This document shows, one piece after another, positions 18,294-28,540 of a stretch of 64,000 bases of DNA. Source of the DNA: Planctomycetota bacterium. GTDB taxonomy: Bacteria > Planctomycetota > UBA1135 > UBA2386. The position numbers and the translations under genes are program-made. The stretch is taken from assembly GCA_046290465.1 (NCBI GenBank), contig JBKAGP010000001.1:2368001-2432000 (forward strand), in the 5' to 3' direction. A model generated the notes under the pieces. That model did not search any database and was not told where the DNA came from. It saw only the letters and a program-made list of their open reading frames with translations. Position 1 is the first letter of the stretch; each line of letters begins with the position of its first letter.

Positions 18294-19061
18294 CTACATG
18301 GAGTCGTATTCGATGATGGGCAGGAAGGTCTCGGGCGCCAGGCTGGCGCCTCCGACGAGCAGGCCGTCGACGCTCTCGAGGGCCATCAGCTGGCGCGCGT
18401 TGTCGGGCTTGACGCTGCCGCCGTAGAGGATGCGGATCGTAGCGGCCTCTTCGCCGACCTTGTTGGTCAGCCACTTGCGGATCGTCGCGTGGGCCGCGTC
18501 GACCTGCTCGAGGGTGGCCGACTCGCCGGTACCGATCGCCCAGACCGGCTCGTAGGCGACGGTCATGCGGTGCGCGTCGTCCGGCTTGACCTGTTCGAAG
18601 CCGGCTTCGAGCTGCTTCTTGAGGATGCGGTCGGTGCGGTTGGCCTTGCGCTCGTCGAGCGTCTCGCCGATGCAGTAGATCGGCAGCAGGTCGGCGTCGA
18701 GCGCCGCGCGCACCTTGCGGCCCATCCAGTCGTCCGGCTCGCGGAAGACGTGGCGGCGCTCGCTGTGGCCGACCAGCACCCGGTCGGCGCCGACCTCGCG
18801 CAGCATGCGCGGCGCCAGCTCGCCGGTGAACGCGCCGTTCTCCTCGAACCAGACGTTCTGGCCACCGACGCCGAGCGGCGAGCCCTGGCCGACGGCGCCG
18901 ACGTCCGCGAGGTAGATCGAAGGCACGAACACCGCGACCTCGCGGTCGTTGCCGTCGCCGATGCGCCCCTTGATCGTCTTGATCAGATCCAGCGACTTGC
19001 TGCGATCGAGGTTCATCTTCCAGTTGCCCGCGATGTAGGGCTTGCGTGAGGGCACGGTCAC
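18294..19061 (-). CDS. tpiA: Triosephosphate isomerase
   Basis: IAGNWKMN, GAFTGE, GHSERR, AYEPVWAIGTG, ILYGGSVKP, LVGGASL; GTG 19061 with GAGGTG SD. Confidence 0.97.
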   Translation of the reverse strand: MTVPSRKPYIAGNWKMNLDRSKSLDLIKTIKGRIGDGNDREVAVFVPSIYLADVGAVGQGSPLGVGGQNVWFEENGAFTGELAPRMLREVGADRVLVGHSERRHVFREPDDWMGRKVRAALDADLLPIYCIGETLDERKANRTDRILKKQLEAGFEQVKPDDAHRMTVAYEPVWAIGTGESATLEQVDAAHATIRKWLTNKVGEEAATIRILYGGSVKPDNARQLMALESVDGLLVGGASLAPETFLPIIEYDSM

Positions 19062-19068
19062 GGGGCGA

Positions 19069-20010
19069 TCACCTCGTCGTGAAGGAGTTGGAGCCCGCGG
19101 AGTCGCCCTGGCCGACACTTCGACCGGGAGCGGACAGCTCCGCGCTGGTGGGATTGCTGCTGGGGGTGTGGCTGCTGCTGGTGGTGCTGCTGCCGCTGAC
19201 GGTGCTGCCACCGACGGCGCGCCCACTGCGGATGGTCCGCTGACAGAGTGGCGCCAGCTGCTGCAGTTCGGCCATCAGGGTCGCGAACATCGCCGGCGTC
19301 AGCGCCTGCTGCCCGTCGCACAGGGCCTTGTCGGGCTCGGCGTGCACCTCGATCAGCAGGCCGTCGGCGCCGGCACAAAGCGCCGCCCGGGCCATCGGCG
19401 CGACGTAGCGCGACGCACCGGTGCCGTGGCTCGGGTCGACGACGACCGGCAGCGGCGTGCGCTCCTGCAGCACCGGGACCGCGGCGAGGTCGAGCAGGTA
19501 GCGCGTCGACGGGTCGAAGCTGCGCACGCCCCGCTCGCAGAGGATGACGTCCTGGTTGCCCTCGTCGAGCACGTAGTCGGCCGCGAACAGCAGCTCGTCG
19601 ATGGTCGCCGCAGCGCCGCGCTTGAGCAGCACCGGCTTGCCGAGCCGCCCCACCTCGCGCAGCAGCGGGAAGTTCTGCATGTTGCGGCTGCCGACCTGCA
19701 GCACGGCGGCGTGCTCGGCGACCAGCTCGACGTCGCGCGGGTCCATCACCTCGGTGACGACCGGCAGGCCGGTCCGTCGGGACGCCGCGGCCAGCAGCGC
19801 GAGGCCCTCTGCGCCCAGTCCCTGGAACGACTTGGGCGAGGTGCGCGGCTTGAACGCGCCACCGCGCAGCAGGCCGGCTCCGGCCTCGGCCACGGCGTCG
19901 GCGGCGGCGAACAGCAGTTCGCTCGACTCGACCGCGCACGGGCCTGCCATGACGACGAACTCGCCGTCGCCGATCTGCAGGTCGGAACCGATCGTGATCG
20001 TCTTGCGCAA
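19069..20010 (-). CDS. aroF: 3-deoxy-7-phosphoheptulonate (DAHP) synthase, type I-beta, with Ser/Thr-rich C-terminal tail (start 20010 or 20070)
   Basis: [66 protein letters not shown]. Confidence 0.93.
   Translation of the reverse strand: MRKTITIGSDLQIGDGEFVVMAGPCAVESSELLFAAADAVAEAGAGLLRGGAFKPRTSPKSFQGLGAEGLALLAAASRRTGLPVVTEVMDPRDVELVAEHAAVLQVGSRNMQNFPLLREVGRLGKPVLLKRGAAATIDELLFAADYVLDEGNQDVILCERGVRSFDPSTRYLLDLAAVPVLQERTPLPVVVDPSHGTGASRYVAPMARAALCAGADGLLIEVHAEPDKALCDGQQALTPAMFATLMAELQQLAPLCQRTIRSGRAVGGSTVSGSSTTSSSHTPSSNPTSAELSAPGRSVGQGDSAGSNSFTTR
19144..19218 (-). repeat. Degenerate 15-bp x5 tandem repeat encoding [25 protein letters not shown]
   Basis: Plus strand: gctggtgggattgct gctgggggtgtggct gctgctggtggtgct gctgccgctgacggt gctgccaccgacggc. 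Confidence 0.7.
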
Positions 20011-20148
20011 GTGAGGAACGGGGCCGGAGAAGGGCCGGAAGACAGTAGGGCGGCGGCGGCGGGTGGTCAATGTCGGCCAGATCCCATCCCGTGACAAATC
20101 GAACCGGGACGGATCCAGCCGTTCGACCAGAAACGACGCCTTCCGAAC

Positions 20149-21576
20149 ATGAACCCCTCCACCCGCACGTTCTTTCCCGTTCTCGCCCTGGCGGCGACCC
20201 TGCCGTGCCAATGGCAGGAGCAGACGCCCGCGAGCAACCCCGGCCCGCTCAGCGCGATGGCCATGGCGGCCAACCCGGCCGGCCTGATCGTCGTGTCCGG
20301 CGGCGACACCGGCACCTTCCCGACGCCGTTCAGCACCGCGACCTGGCTCTACTCGCAGGGCACCTGGACGCAGTCGCCGGCGACCGGTCCGAGCGGTCGC
20401 TTCGAGGCGCAGATGGTGCACGACGCGCTGCGCCAGCGCTGGGTGCTCTACGGCGGCTGGACCTCGCCGTTCTCGATCGGCAGCGGCAACGACGAGACCT
20501 GGGAATTCGACGGCGCGGCGTGGAGCCAGATCGCGACGGCCAACACGCCGGGCGGCTTCTGGAAGCACGCGATGAGCTACGACGTCCTGCGCGGCGTGAC
20601 GGTCCTGTTCGGCGGCGCCACCAACGGCCTGCCGGGCGCGACCGACGGCACCTACGAGTACGACGGCACCGACTGGACCCAGCGCACCCCCACCACCACG
20701 CCGGGCTGGCGCGAGAACCACTCGATGTGCTTCCACACCAACCTCGGCGCCACGGTGATGTTCGGCGGCTTCGACCCGCTGGCCAACTCGGTGCAGAACG
20801 AGACCTGGACCTGGAACGGCACCGACTGGTCGCTGGTCACGCCGGTCGGGCCACAGCCGCCGGCGCGCGCCAGCGCCGAACTGGTCTACGACTCGGTGCG
20901 CGGCGTCAGCGTGCTGCACGGCGGTAATGACAACTCCGGCGCGGCCTTCGACGACACCTGGGAGTTCGACGGCGCCACCTGGACGCAGGTGCCGGGCACC
21001 GGCCCGGGCAACCGCGCGTTCGGCGCCGCGTTCGACGCCGGCGAACGCGTCGTGGTCCGCTACGGCGGCATCGGCCACACGTCGGAGACCTGGACGTTCG
21101 GCGCCACCGCGCGCACGTTCGGCACCGGCTGCGCGGGCAGCAACGGCGTGCCGGCGCTCGACGCGGTCGATGCGCCGCGCCTCGGCCAGAACCTCGACCT
21201 GACGCTCGCCAACCTCAACCCGGCGATCACGGTCGGCGTGTTCGCGCTGTCGCTCGCGACGATCGCGCCGACCCCGCTCGATCCGATCGGCATGCCCGGC
21301 TGCACCGGCTACGTCGCCCCCGACCTGCTGCTCAACGGCACCGCCGCCGGCGGCACCGCCACCTTGCAGCTGCCGCTGCCCGGCACGCAGGCGCTGATCG
21401 GCACGTCGATCTTCGCGCAGGGCCTGTCGTTCGACCCGGGCATCAACGCCGCGTGGCTGGCGGCGTCGAACGCGTTCGCGGGCGTGATCGGCAGCTCGGC
21501 GCGTCCATGTGGACGCGCTACCAACCGTGATCGCGGAAGCGGTGTGTACGCGTGCGGACGGGGCTTTGCCCGCTAG
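20149..21576 (+). CDS. Secreted kelch-like beta-propeller protein with conserved C-terminal domain
   Basis: Signal peptide ..ALAATLPCQ; repeats P..R....M.YD..R...VLFGG......ETWE.DG..W; C-terminal FGTGC...GMPGC...LP.P....L.G...AQ...AASNA...IGS. Confidence 0.85.
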   Translation: MNPSTRTFFPVLALAATLPCQWQEQTPASNPGPLSAMAMAANPAGLIVVSGGDTGTFPTPFSTATWLYSQGTWTQSPATGPSGRFEAQMVHDALRQRWVLYGGWTSPFSIGSGNDETWEFDGAAWSQIATANTPGGFWKHAMSYDVLRGVTVLFGGATNGLPGATDGTYEYDGTDWTQRTPTTTPGWRENHSMCFHTNLGATVMFGGFDPLANSVQNETWTWNGTDWSLVTPVGPQPPARASAELVYDSVRGVSVLHGGNDNSGAAFDDTWEFDGATWTQVPGTGPGNRAFGAAFDAGERVVVRYGGIGHTSETWTFGATARTFGTGCAGSNGVPALDAVDAPRLGQNLDLTLANLNPAITVGVFALSLATIAPTPLDPIGMPGCTGYVAPDLLLNGTAAGGTATLQLPLPGTQALIGTSIFAQGLSFDPGINAAWLAASNAFAGVIGSSARPCGRATNRDRGSGVYACGRGFAR

Positions 21577-21657
21577 GCGCGTCCATGTAGTGGACGCGCT
21601 GCCAACCGTGATCGCGGAAGCGGGGTGTACGCGTGCGGACGGGGCTTTGCCCGCTAG
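21494..21657 (+). repeat. Tandem direct repeat, two copies of 78/81 bp, each with an internal hairpin
   Basis: ggcgcgtcca[tg|tgtag]tggacgcgct.ccaaccgtgatcgcggaagcgg.gtgtacgcgtgcggacggggctttgcccgcta at 21498-21575 and 21576-21656. Confidence 0.95.
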
Positions 21658-21735
21658 TTTCCGGAAACCCCGGCCGCGAACGCCGCCAACAGCCCGCTGA
21701 CGCCGGCGCCCGAAGCGGTTACGCTCTCGGGTACC

Positions 21736-24700
21736 GTGTCGGAGGAGAAGAGAGCGCAGTGGACCGCACGGGCCGCGTTTGCGGCCGCGTTGGCGCTCGC
21801 CTACGTCGCGACCCTCTGCAACACCGACAATGTCCGCCAGGCGCTGATCTGGTTGCCGACGGGCGTCGCGATCGGCGGCCTGCGCCTGCTCGGCTGGCGG
21901 CAGGTCTGGATCGTGCTGCTCGCCGGGCTCGGCTTCCGCTCGCTGATGGACTTCGGCTGGCCGACCGTCGTGTTCGGCTCGCTGTCGGCGACCGCGGAGG
22001 CGCTGGCCGGCGCCGCCCTGCTGGGGCTGCTGCACGTGCAGCGCGGCATCCCGCGCCTGCGCGACGTGATGTCGATCTACCTGGTCGCGATGGCCGCGCC
22101 GATCGCGTCGATCCTGGTGGCGCTCGGTGGCCGGCTGGTCTACTGGCCGCACGAGCTGTCGCTGTTGACCGGCTTCGGTGGCTGGTGGCGGATGAACGCG
22201 ATCGGGGTGCTGGCGGCCGTGCCGCTGGCGCTGGCCTGGCCGCCGCGGCTGTCGCACCGCGGCTGGATGGAGAGCCTCGCGCAGATCACGGTCTGGGCGC
22301 TGATCTCGGTCGGGTTCGTGCTCGGCGTGCTGCTATTCGTGCGTCCCGGCGTGACGTCGATCGTGCTGCTCGGCGCGCTGCCGATGGTCTCGTTCGCGGC
22401 GGCGCTGCAGCTCGGCAACCGCGGCGCGACGGCCACCGCGTTCGTCGGCGCGATGGCGATCGCGATGCCGGCGGGCTTCGGCATCGGTCCGTTCGAGGGC
22501 GTCGACATCGCCGAACGGCACGTCGTCGCGCAGATGGTGCTGGTCGCGATCACCGCGCTGGCGCCGCTGTTCGGCGCCCTGCTCGCCGAACGCGACGCCA
22601 ACGCCGCGCGCCTGTTGCAGAGCGAAGGCGTCGGCAGCGCGCTGCTGCGCATCCTGCCAGACGCGAGCTACCGGCTCGACGCGCGCGGCACCGTGCTCGA
22701 CGCGGTGCTGCCGAGCGATCCGGCCCTGCCCCCCGCCAAGGAGGTCATCGGCAAGCACATCCGCGAGATCACCCCGCCCGAGCTCGCCGACCGGCTGCTG
22801 TCGCACCTGGAGCGCACGCAGCGCGGCGAGTCGACCGAGCCGCTCGAGTACCGGCTGGCGACCGCGCAGGGCCGCCGCGACCGCGAGGTCCGCTTCGTGC
22901 AGCTGCCCAACGGCGAGACGATGTCGGTGGCGCGCGACATCACCGACCGCAAGCGCGCCGAACGGCAGCTCACCATGCAGGCGGCGATCCTCGAGCAGAT
23001 CGCGACCGGCCACCGCCGCGCCGACGTGCTCGACGCCATCTGCGAAGGCATCGAGGCGCTGATCCCGGACGGGCGCTGCACCATCATGATGCTGCACGGC
23101 GACCGGCTGCACCTGGCGGCGTCGCGTTCGCTGCCAGAAGGCTACGTGCGCACCATCGACGGCATGCAGGTCGGCGACGGCAACGGCGCCTGCGGCACCG
23201 CCGCGTTCACCGGCCAGAACGTCATCTGCAGCGACACGGTGCGCGACCCGCGCACGCGCGACTACGTCGACCTGATCGAGCGCTACTCGCTGTATTCGTG
23301 CTGGTCGATCCCGGTGCGTTCGATCGACGGATCGGTGCTGGGCACGATCGCGATGTACCACGAGCAGGTGCGCGAGCCACAGCCGTTCGAGGTCCGCCTG
23401 GTCGAACGCGCGGGCGTGCTGGCCGGCCTCGCCGTCGACCGCGACCGCCGCGAGGCGCTGCTCGCGTCGATGCACGAGAACCTGACCGAGGGGCTGTTCC
23501 GGACCGTGCCCGGCGAGGGCTTCGTCTACGTCAACGCGGCGTTCGCGCGCATGTTCGGCTACGAGTCGACCGACCAACTGCTGCGCCACTGGAGCGACGA
23601 CGTGCTGACCGACGGCCAGCGCGGCCTGGCGCAGCTCGCCGGCGAGTCGGTGTCGGTGCGCGGCCGCAAGGTGCAGATGCACCGCCGCGACGGCAGTAGC
23701 TTCTGGGCGCTGATCTCGACCACGGTGACGTTCGACGACGACGACGCCGAACTGATCTGCGACGGCACCATCACCGACATCAGCAACGCGGCGGCACTCG
23801 AGGACCAGCTGCGCCAGGCGCAGAAGATGGAGGCCGTCGGCCAGCTCGCCGCCGGCGTCGCCCACGACTTCAACAACATCCTCACCGCGATCGCGGGCTT
23901 CGGTGAGGCGGTGCTGCTGGGTCTGCCCGAGCACAGCCCGCACCGCGCCGACATCGACCAGATCCTCGCTGCGGCGCGGCGCGCCACCAACCTGACGCGG
24001 CAGCTGCTCGCGTTCGGCCGTCAGCAGGTGCTGAAGCCCGAGATCCTCGACCTCGGCGAGGTCGTCGGCGGCGTCGCCGAGATCCTGCGCCGCCTGATCG
24101 GCAAGCATATCCAGCTGACGCTGGCCAGCGACGGGCAGCCGGTGCGCGCTACCGCCGACCGCGGCCAGCTCGAGCAGGTGCTGCTCAACCTGGTGATCAA
24201 CGCGCGCGACGCGATGCCGCAGGGCGGCCGGATCTCGGTGCGGACCGAGGCGCTCGACGCCTACGACGAGGCCCCGCACGCCGAGCTGACGCTCGGCCGC
24301 TACGCGGTGCTGCGGGTCCGCGACGAGGGCCAGGGCATGAGCCAGGACGTGCAGGCGCGCGCGTTCGACCCGTTCTTCACGACCAAGGGGGCCGGCCGCG
24401 GCACCGGCCTCGGGCTGTCGACCGTCTACGGCATCGTCAAGCAGAGCGGCGGCGCGATCGCGATCGACAGCAAGCCGGGCAAAGGCACCGAGATCGTCGT
24501 GTTGCTGCCGTTCGCGGACGAACTGCCCGAAGACGAGCGCACGGTGCTGGTGCCGCGACGCGAGCAGCGATCGACGACCGTACTCGTGGTCGAGGACGAG
24601 CCGTTCGTGCTCGAGCTGGCCAACCGGACGCTGGGCAACGCCGGCTACGAGGTGCTGCGCGCGCGCGACGGGCACGAGGCGCTGGCCGCGATGCGCGAGC

Positions 24701-24981
24701 ACGGCGACCGGGTCGAGCTGGTCGTCACCGACATCGTGATGCCGCACCTCGGCGGCCAGGAACTCGCGCAGCTCTTGTGGGAAGAACGGCCGAACCTGCG
24801 CGTGCTGTTCATGTCGGGCTACGCGCGCGAGATCCTCGACCTGCCCGCCGACGACGTCGGCCGGTCCGGCTTCCTGCACAAGCCGTTCACGACCCAGGAG
24901 CTGTGCGACCAGGTCACCGCGATGCTGCCGGGCGCGCGCAGCGATGCGACCGACGAGTCGACGACGCGCAGCGAACACTGA
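21736..24981 (+). CDS. Hybrid sensor histidine kinase (MASE1-PAS-GAF-PAS-HisKA-HATPase-REC)
   Basis: N-terminal multi-TM region (IWLPTGVA); GAF ([11 protein letters not shown]...DP); H-box [58 protein letters not shown]. Confidence 0.93.
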   Translation: MSEEKRAQWTARAAFAAALALAYVATLCNTDNVRQALIWLPTGVAIGGLRLLGWRQVWIVLLAGLGFRSLMDFGWPTVVFGSLSATAEALAGAALLGLLHVQRGIPRLRDVMSIYLVAMAAPIASILVALGGRLVYWPHELSLLTGFGGWWRMNAIGVLAAVPLALAWPPRLSHRGWMESLAQITVWALISVGFVLGVLLFVRPGVTSIVLLGALPMVSFAAALQLGNRGATATAFVGAMAIAMPAGFGIGPFEGVDIAERHVVAQMVLVAITALAPLFGALLAERDANAARLLQSEGVGSALLRILPDASYRLDARGTVLDAVLPSDPALPPAKEVIGKHIREITPPELADRLLSHLERTQRGESTEPLEYRLATAQGRRDREVRFVQLPNGETMSVARDITDRKRAERQLTMQAAILEQIATGHRRADVLDAICEGIEALIPDGRCTIMMLHGDRLHLAASRSLPEGYVRTIDGMQVGDGNGACGTAAFTGQNVICSDTVRDPRTRDYVDLIERYSLYSCWSIPVRSIDGSVLGTIAMYHEQVREPQPFEVRLVERAGVLAGLAVDRDRREALLASMHENLTEGLFRTVPGEGFVYVNAAFARMFGYESTDQLLRHWSDDVLTDGQRGLAQLAGESVSVRGRKVQMHRRDGSSFWALISTTVTFDDDDAELICDGTITDISNAAALEDQLRQAQKMEAVGQLAAGVAHDFNNILTAIAGFGEAVLLGLPEHSPHRADIDQILAAARRATNLTRQLLAFGRQQVLKPEILDLGEVVGGVAEILRRLIGKHIQLTLASDGQPVRATADRGQLEQVLLNLVINARDAMPQGGRISVRTEALDAYDEAPHAELTLGRYAVLRVRDEGQGMSQDVQARAFDPFFTTKGAGRGTGLGLSTVYGIVKQSGGAIAIDSKPGKGTEIVVLLPFADELPEDERTVLVPRREQRSTTVLVVEDEPFVLELANRTLGNAGYEVLRARDGHEALAAMREHGDRVELVVTDIVMPHLGGQELAQLLWEERPNLRVLFMSGYAREILDLPADDVGRSGFLHKPFTTQELCDQVTAMLPGARSDATDESTTRSEH

Positions 24982-24986
24982 GCGCG

Positions 24987-25613
24987 ATGGCCTGCATCGA
25001 CCACTTCTACGTGTTCGCGCAGCCAGGTGCGCCGGAGCGACGCCGCCTGCTGGAGCGTGGCCTGCGGATCGGCGCGGCCCGGCGCCATCCAGGCCAGGGC
25101 ACCGAGAACGTCTGCTTCGGGTTCGCCGACAGCTACCTCGAGCTGATCTGGATCCGTGACGAACGCGAGGCCGCCAGCCCGGCGGTCGCGCCGCTGCGGC
25201 TCGGCGAGCGCGGCGACTGGCGCCGACGGGGCGCGTCGCCGTTCGGCGTCTGCCTGCGGGTCACCCCGGACGAAGGGGCGCCGTTCGCGAGCTGGCCGTT
25301 CCGGCCCGACTACCTGCCGGACGGGATGCGCTTCGAGATGACGCGCGAGCACGACGAGGTGCACCAGCCGCTGCTGTTCGCGCTCGACCGGCCGGTGGTG
25401 CCGCTTGCGGCGCCGCATCCGCTGGCGCGCGCCGCGTTGCGCGAGCTGCGGATCACGACGCCGGGGCTGGCCGCGAACTCGTCGCTGCGCGAACTGCCGG
25501 TGCCGGGCCTGGTGTTCGAAGCGGGCTCCGAACACCGCATGGAGGTGCGGCTCGGCGACGGCGACGACGCACTCGACCTCGCGCCCGACCTGCCGCTCGT
25601 GCTGCGCTGGTAA
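24987..25613 (+). CDS. VOC / glyoxalase-like (Glyoxalase_3) family protein
   Basis: IDH, HPGQGT.N....F...YLELIW, SPFGVCLR. Confidence 0.75.
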   Translation: MACIDHFYVFAQPGAPERRRLLERGLRIGAARRHPGQGTENVCFGFADSYLELIWIRDEREAASPAVAPLRLGERGDWRRRGASPFGVCLRVTPDEGAPFASWPFRPDYLPDGMRFEMTREHDEVHQPLLFALDRPVVPLAAPHPLARAALRELRITTPGLAANSSLRELPVPGLVFEAGSEHRMEVRLGDGDDALDLAPDLPLVLRW

Positions 25614-25628
25614 CGCCGTTCGCCGCGC

Positions 25629-27029
25629 TCAGCTGGTCCGCGCGGGCGGCGACTCCGGCGCGTCGAGGATCGTCTCGGCGCGCACCGCCTTGAGCGGCAC
25701 CTGCACGACCGGCGCATCCATCGCCCGCCGGCCGTCGCCGGTCGCCATCGCCTGCAGCGACGGCCCGCAGATGCGCGCCTGGCACGGCCCCATGCCGGCA
25801 CGGCAGCCGAGCTTGATCGCACGCATCGAATCGCCGTGGAACTCGGCGGCCTCCTGCGCGCGCAACCGGGTCACGTCCTCGCAGCGGCAGACGATCGTGT
25901 CCGGCCGCGCCAGTTCGCTGAGCCCCGGCAGCGGCGCGAACGCGCGCAGCATCGTGTCGGCGGCCCGACGTTCGGCGCGCGCACTGCGCTGCAGCGCCGG
26001 GTCGAGCGGCGCGCCGCGGACCTCGCGCAGGATCGCCGCCGCGCACAGCGCGCCCTCCGCCGAGGCGACCTCGGCGCCGCCGATGCCGCAGATCTCGCCG
26101 ACCGCGAACACGTTGGCGGCGGCGGTGCGCTGATCGTCGTCGACGACGAGGCAGTGGCCGCCGCGTTCGGCGACGTAGCGCGACGCGGCGCCGAGCCGCA
26201 GGCCCAGCTCGATCGACGGCACCAGGCCGAAGCCGGCGCCGACCACGTCGACGTCGATGGTCCGTTCGGTGCCGCGCCTGGGGCGCCCCTCGGCGTCGAC
26301 CTTGCCGATCACGGCGCGCTGCACGCGGCCGTCGCCTTCGCACCCGAACACGGTCCAGCCCCACTGCAGCTTCACGCCGTGGCGCCACAGCTGCTTCATG
26401 TACCAGACCGCTTCGCGGCGGCGCGCGGCGTTGCCGATCACGCCGGGCGCGGCGCGCAGCGCCCGCCAGCGCGACGATGCCTCGAGCGCCGCGACGACCT
26501 CGACGCCGGCGCCGAGCAGCGAGGTCACCGTCGGCAGCAGCAGCGGGCCCGAGCCGACCACCAGCGCGCGCTTGCCCGGCACCACGCCGAAACCGCGCAC
26601 CATCACCTGCAGCGCCCCGGCCGTGACCACTCCCGGCAGCGTCCAGCCCGGGAACGGGATGCAGCGGTCGTAGGCGCCGGGGGCCAGCACGATCCGTTCG
26701 CAGCGCAAGAGCTTGGACGCGCCATCGTGCTCGAACCACAGCCGGCCGGGACTGGCGTCCCAGACCGTCGCGCCGTGCAGGCAGCGCACGTCGGCGCCCT
26801 CGAACGCGTGGATCAGCTCGTGGCCGTGGTCGTGGCTCGGCGGCTCGGGGATCTGGTGCTCGCCGGCGGAGCCCGCGGGCAGCTGCCGATAGATCTGGCC
26901 ACCGGCGCGGTGGCCCTCGTCGAGCACGACGACCTTCAGGCCGGCGGCCGCGAGGCGCGTCGCGGCGGCCATGCCGCCGGGACCCGCACCGACCACGCCG
27001 ACGTCCGCGTCGAGGATCCGTTCGCTCAT
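25629..27029 (-). CDS. FAD/NAD(P)-dependent oxidoreductase with BFD-like [2Fe-2S] C-terminus (HcnB/OoxA-like large subunit)
   Basis: VVGAGPGG, GGQIYRQ, GAYDR..PFPGWTLPGV, GSGPLL, VCRCEDV, R.GMGPCQARICG. Confidence 0.88.
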   Translation of the reverse strand: MSERILDADVGVVGAGPGGMAAATRLAAAGLKVVVLDEGHRAGGQIYRQLPAGSAGEHQIPEPPSHDHGHELIHAFEGADVRCLHGATVWDASPGRLWFEHDGASKLLRCERIVLAPGAYDRCIPFPGWTLPGVVTAGALQVMVRGFGVVPGKRALVVGSGPLLLPTVTSLLGAGVEVVAALEASSRWRALRAAPGVIGNAARRREAVWYMKQLWRHGVKLQWGWTVFGCEGDGRVQRAVIGKVDAEGRPRRGTERTIDVDVVGAGFGLVPSIELGLRLGAASRYVAERGGHCLVVDDDQRTAAANVFAVGEICGIGGAEVASAEGALCAAAILREVRGAPLDPALQRSARAERRAADTMLRAFAPLPGLSELARPDTIVCRCEDVTRLRAQEAAEFHGDSMRAIKLGCRAGMGPCQARICGPSLQAMATGDGRRAMDAPVVQVPLKAVRAETILDAPESPPARTS

Positions 27030-27307
27030 CGCCGGCCTCCCCGCTCGACCTTCATGCCGGCGCGCACCAGCGTCGTGCACGAACGCACGGTCGCGCCGTC
27101 GACGACGACCAGGCACTCGTAGCAGATGCCCATGTTGCACAGCACGCCGCGCGGCTCGCCGTCGCGGCTGCTGTTGCGCACCGCCGACGTCTCCGCAGCC
27201 CACAGCGCCATCGCGACCGAGTCGCCGGCATACGCGGTGACCGACCGCCCCTCGAACGAGAACTCGACCAGCTCGCGCTCGCCCAGGCCCGGGATCCGTC
27301 CACTCAT
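27026..27307 (-). CDS. [2Fe-2S]-binding small subunit (HcnA-like, Fer2_4)
   Basis: G.SVA.AL, PRG..CNMG.CYECLV.VDG..VRSC; ATGA overlaps with both neighbours. Confidence 0.9.
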   Translation of the reverse strand: MSGRIPGLGERELVEFSFEGRSVTAYAGDSVAMALWAAETSAVRNSSRDGEPRGVLCNMGICYECLVVVDGATVRSCTTLVRAGMKVERGGRR

Positions 27308-28485
27308 GCGACGAACCTCGACGGCAGGTACGGCGTCACGTCGATCTCGGTGTCGACGCCGGCGATCTGCTGCGCCAGCAACAGGCCGGTGATCGGCGCC
27401 ATCGAGATGCCGAGGCCTTCGTGGCCGGCGGCGATGTAGAAACCCTCGACCGGATCCCACGGACCGATCAGCGGGTGGTTGTCGATCGAGTAGGGCCGCA
27501 GGCCCACCCAGGTGCGCACGATCGGCGCCGCCGCGACGCCCGGCGCGTAGCGCTGCGCGCGCTGCAGCGAACGGTGCAGCAGCTCGCGGTTGAGCTGCTT
27601 CTGCATGCCGCAGAACTGGCGCGTGCTGCCGATCAGGCAGCCGCCGTTGCTCTGCGGCTGCATGTTGACCGCGTGGCCGCCCGGATCGCTGTCGGTGCTG
27701 GTCGGATCGATCTTGCTGGCCGCGTGCGCGAACCGCAGGTAGCTGATCTCGAGCAGCTGCGTGCGGATCGGCGAGACGTGGTGGCCGGTGATCGCCAGGT
27801 TGCCGGCGCGCGGGTAGATCGGCAGGCGCTGCTCGCCCAGCCGTTCGCTGAGGTCGGGCGCCCAGACGCCGCAGGCGTTGACGACCGTGTTGGTCGCGAT
27901 CACGCCGTGCTCGGTGCGCACCGCCGTGATGCGGCCGCCGTCGCGCTCGAAGCCCTGCACCGCGCAGTGCGGCCGCACCACCACGTTGGGGTTGCGCCGC
28001 TTGGCGCCGCGCAGCATCGCACCGCACGCGAGCATCGGCAGCACGACGCCGTCGCCGGGGTAGAAGATCGCGCCCGGCACGTCGTCGGCGAGCCCGGGTT
28101 CGAGGTCGCGCAGCTGCTTCTGGTCGAGCGCGTCGGCGCGATCGCCGCACTCCGCGAACTGCTTCTGCAGCACCGCGAACATCTCCTGGTCCTCGTCGGT
28201 CTCGGCCAGGTAGAGCGCGCCGGTCGGGTTGTAGTCGAAGCCGCCGAGATCGTCGTTCATCCGGCCCCACAGGTCGACGCTGGTCTTGGTCAGCGCGTAT
28301 TCCTGGGCACTGTCGGGCGTGACCATCAGGTGGCCCATGCACGAGCCCGACGTCGCACCGGCGACGGGGCCACGATCACAGAGCACGATGCGCGTCGACG
28401 GATCGAGCAGCTGCGCCAGGTAGTAGACGACGGAGCTGCCGATCACGCCGCCGCCGATGACGACGATGTCCGCGGTTTCGGTCAT
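27304..28485 (-). CDS. FAD-dependent D-amino-acid/glycine oxidase-like subunit (HcnC/LhpB-like)
   Basis: VVIGGGVIG, GATSG..MGHL, VVNACG.W, LIGSTRQF, W.GLRP...D..PLIG, AAGHEGLGI..AP.TG. Confidence 0.88.
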   Translation of the reverse strand: MTETADIVVIGGGVIGSSVVYYLAQLLDPSTRIVLCDRGPVAGATSGSCMGHLMVTPDSAQEYALTKTSVDLWGRMNDDLGGFDYNPTGALYLAETDEDQEMFAVLQKQFAECGDRADALDQKQLRDLEPGLADDVPGAIFYPGDGVVLPMLACGAMLRGAKRRNPNVVVRPHCAVQGFERDGGRITAVRTEHGVIATNTVVNACGVWAPDLSERLGEQRLPIYPRAGNLAITGHHVSPIRTQLLEISYLRFAHAASKIDPTSTDSDPGGHAVNMQPQSNGGCLIGSTRQFCGMQKQLNRELLHRSLQRAQRYAPGVAAAPIVRTWVGLRPYSIDNHPLIGPWDPVEGFYIAAGHEGLGISMAPITGLLLAQQIAGVDTEIDVTPYLPSRFVA

Positions 28486-28528
28486 GAACAGGGGCGACGA
28501 TGATGCCTGCTGCGGCGGCCAGCGCAAG

Positions 28529-28534
28529 TAAGCT
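28529..28534 (+). promoter_or_regulatory. Putative -10 element (TAAGCT) of a leaderless transcript
   Basis: TAAGCT 6 nt before ATG 28541; no SD sequence. Confidence 0.5.
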
Positions 28535-28540
28535 GCCGCG

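Noticed and set aside
1756..21657. Tandem repeats at 1756 and 21498 as CRISPR arrays
   Set aside because: No unique spacers between units, wrong unit sizes and no cas genes.
19069..22257. 1062-aa ORF suggesting a large N-terminal fusion to DAHP synthase
   Set aside because: The upstream part is antisense to the kelch-like gene and the histidine kinase; homology starts at ~20010.
25629..28485. Calling the oxidase operon hcnABC (cyanide synthase)
   Set aside because: Gene order is C-A-B and the family includes opine and hydroxyproline dehydrogenases; sequence alone cannot assign it.
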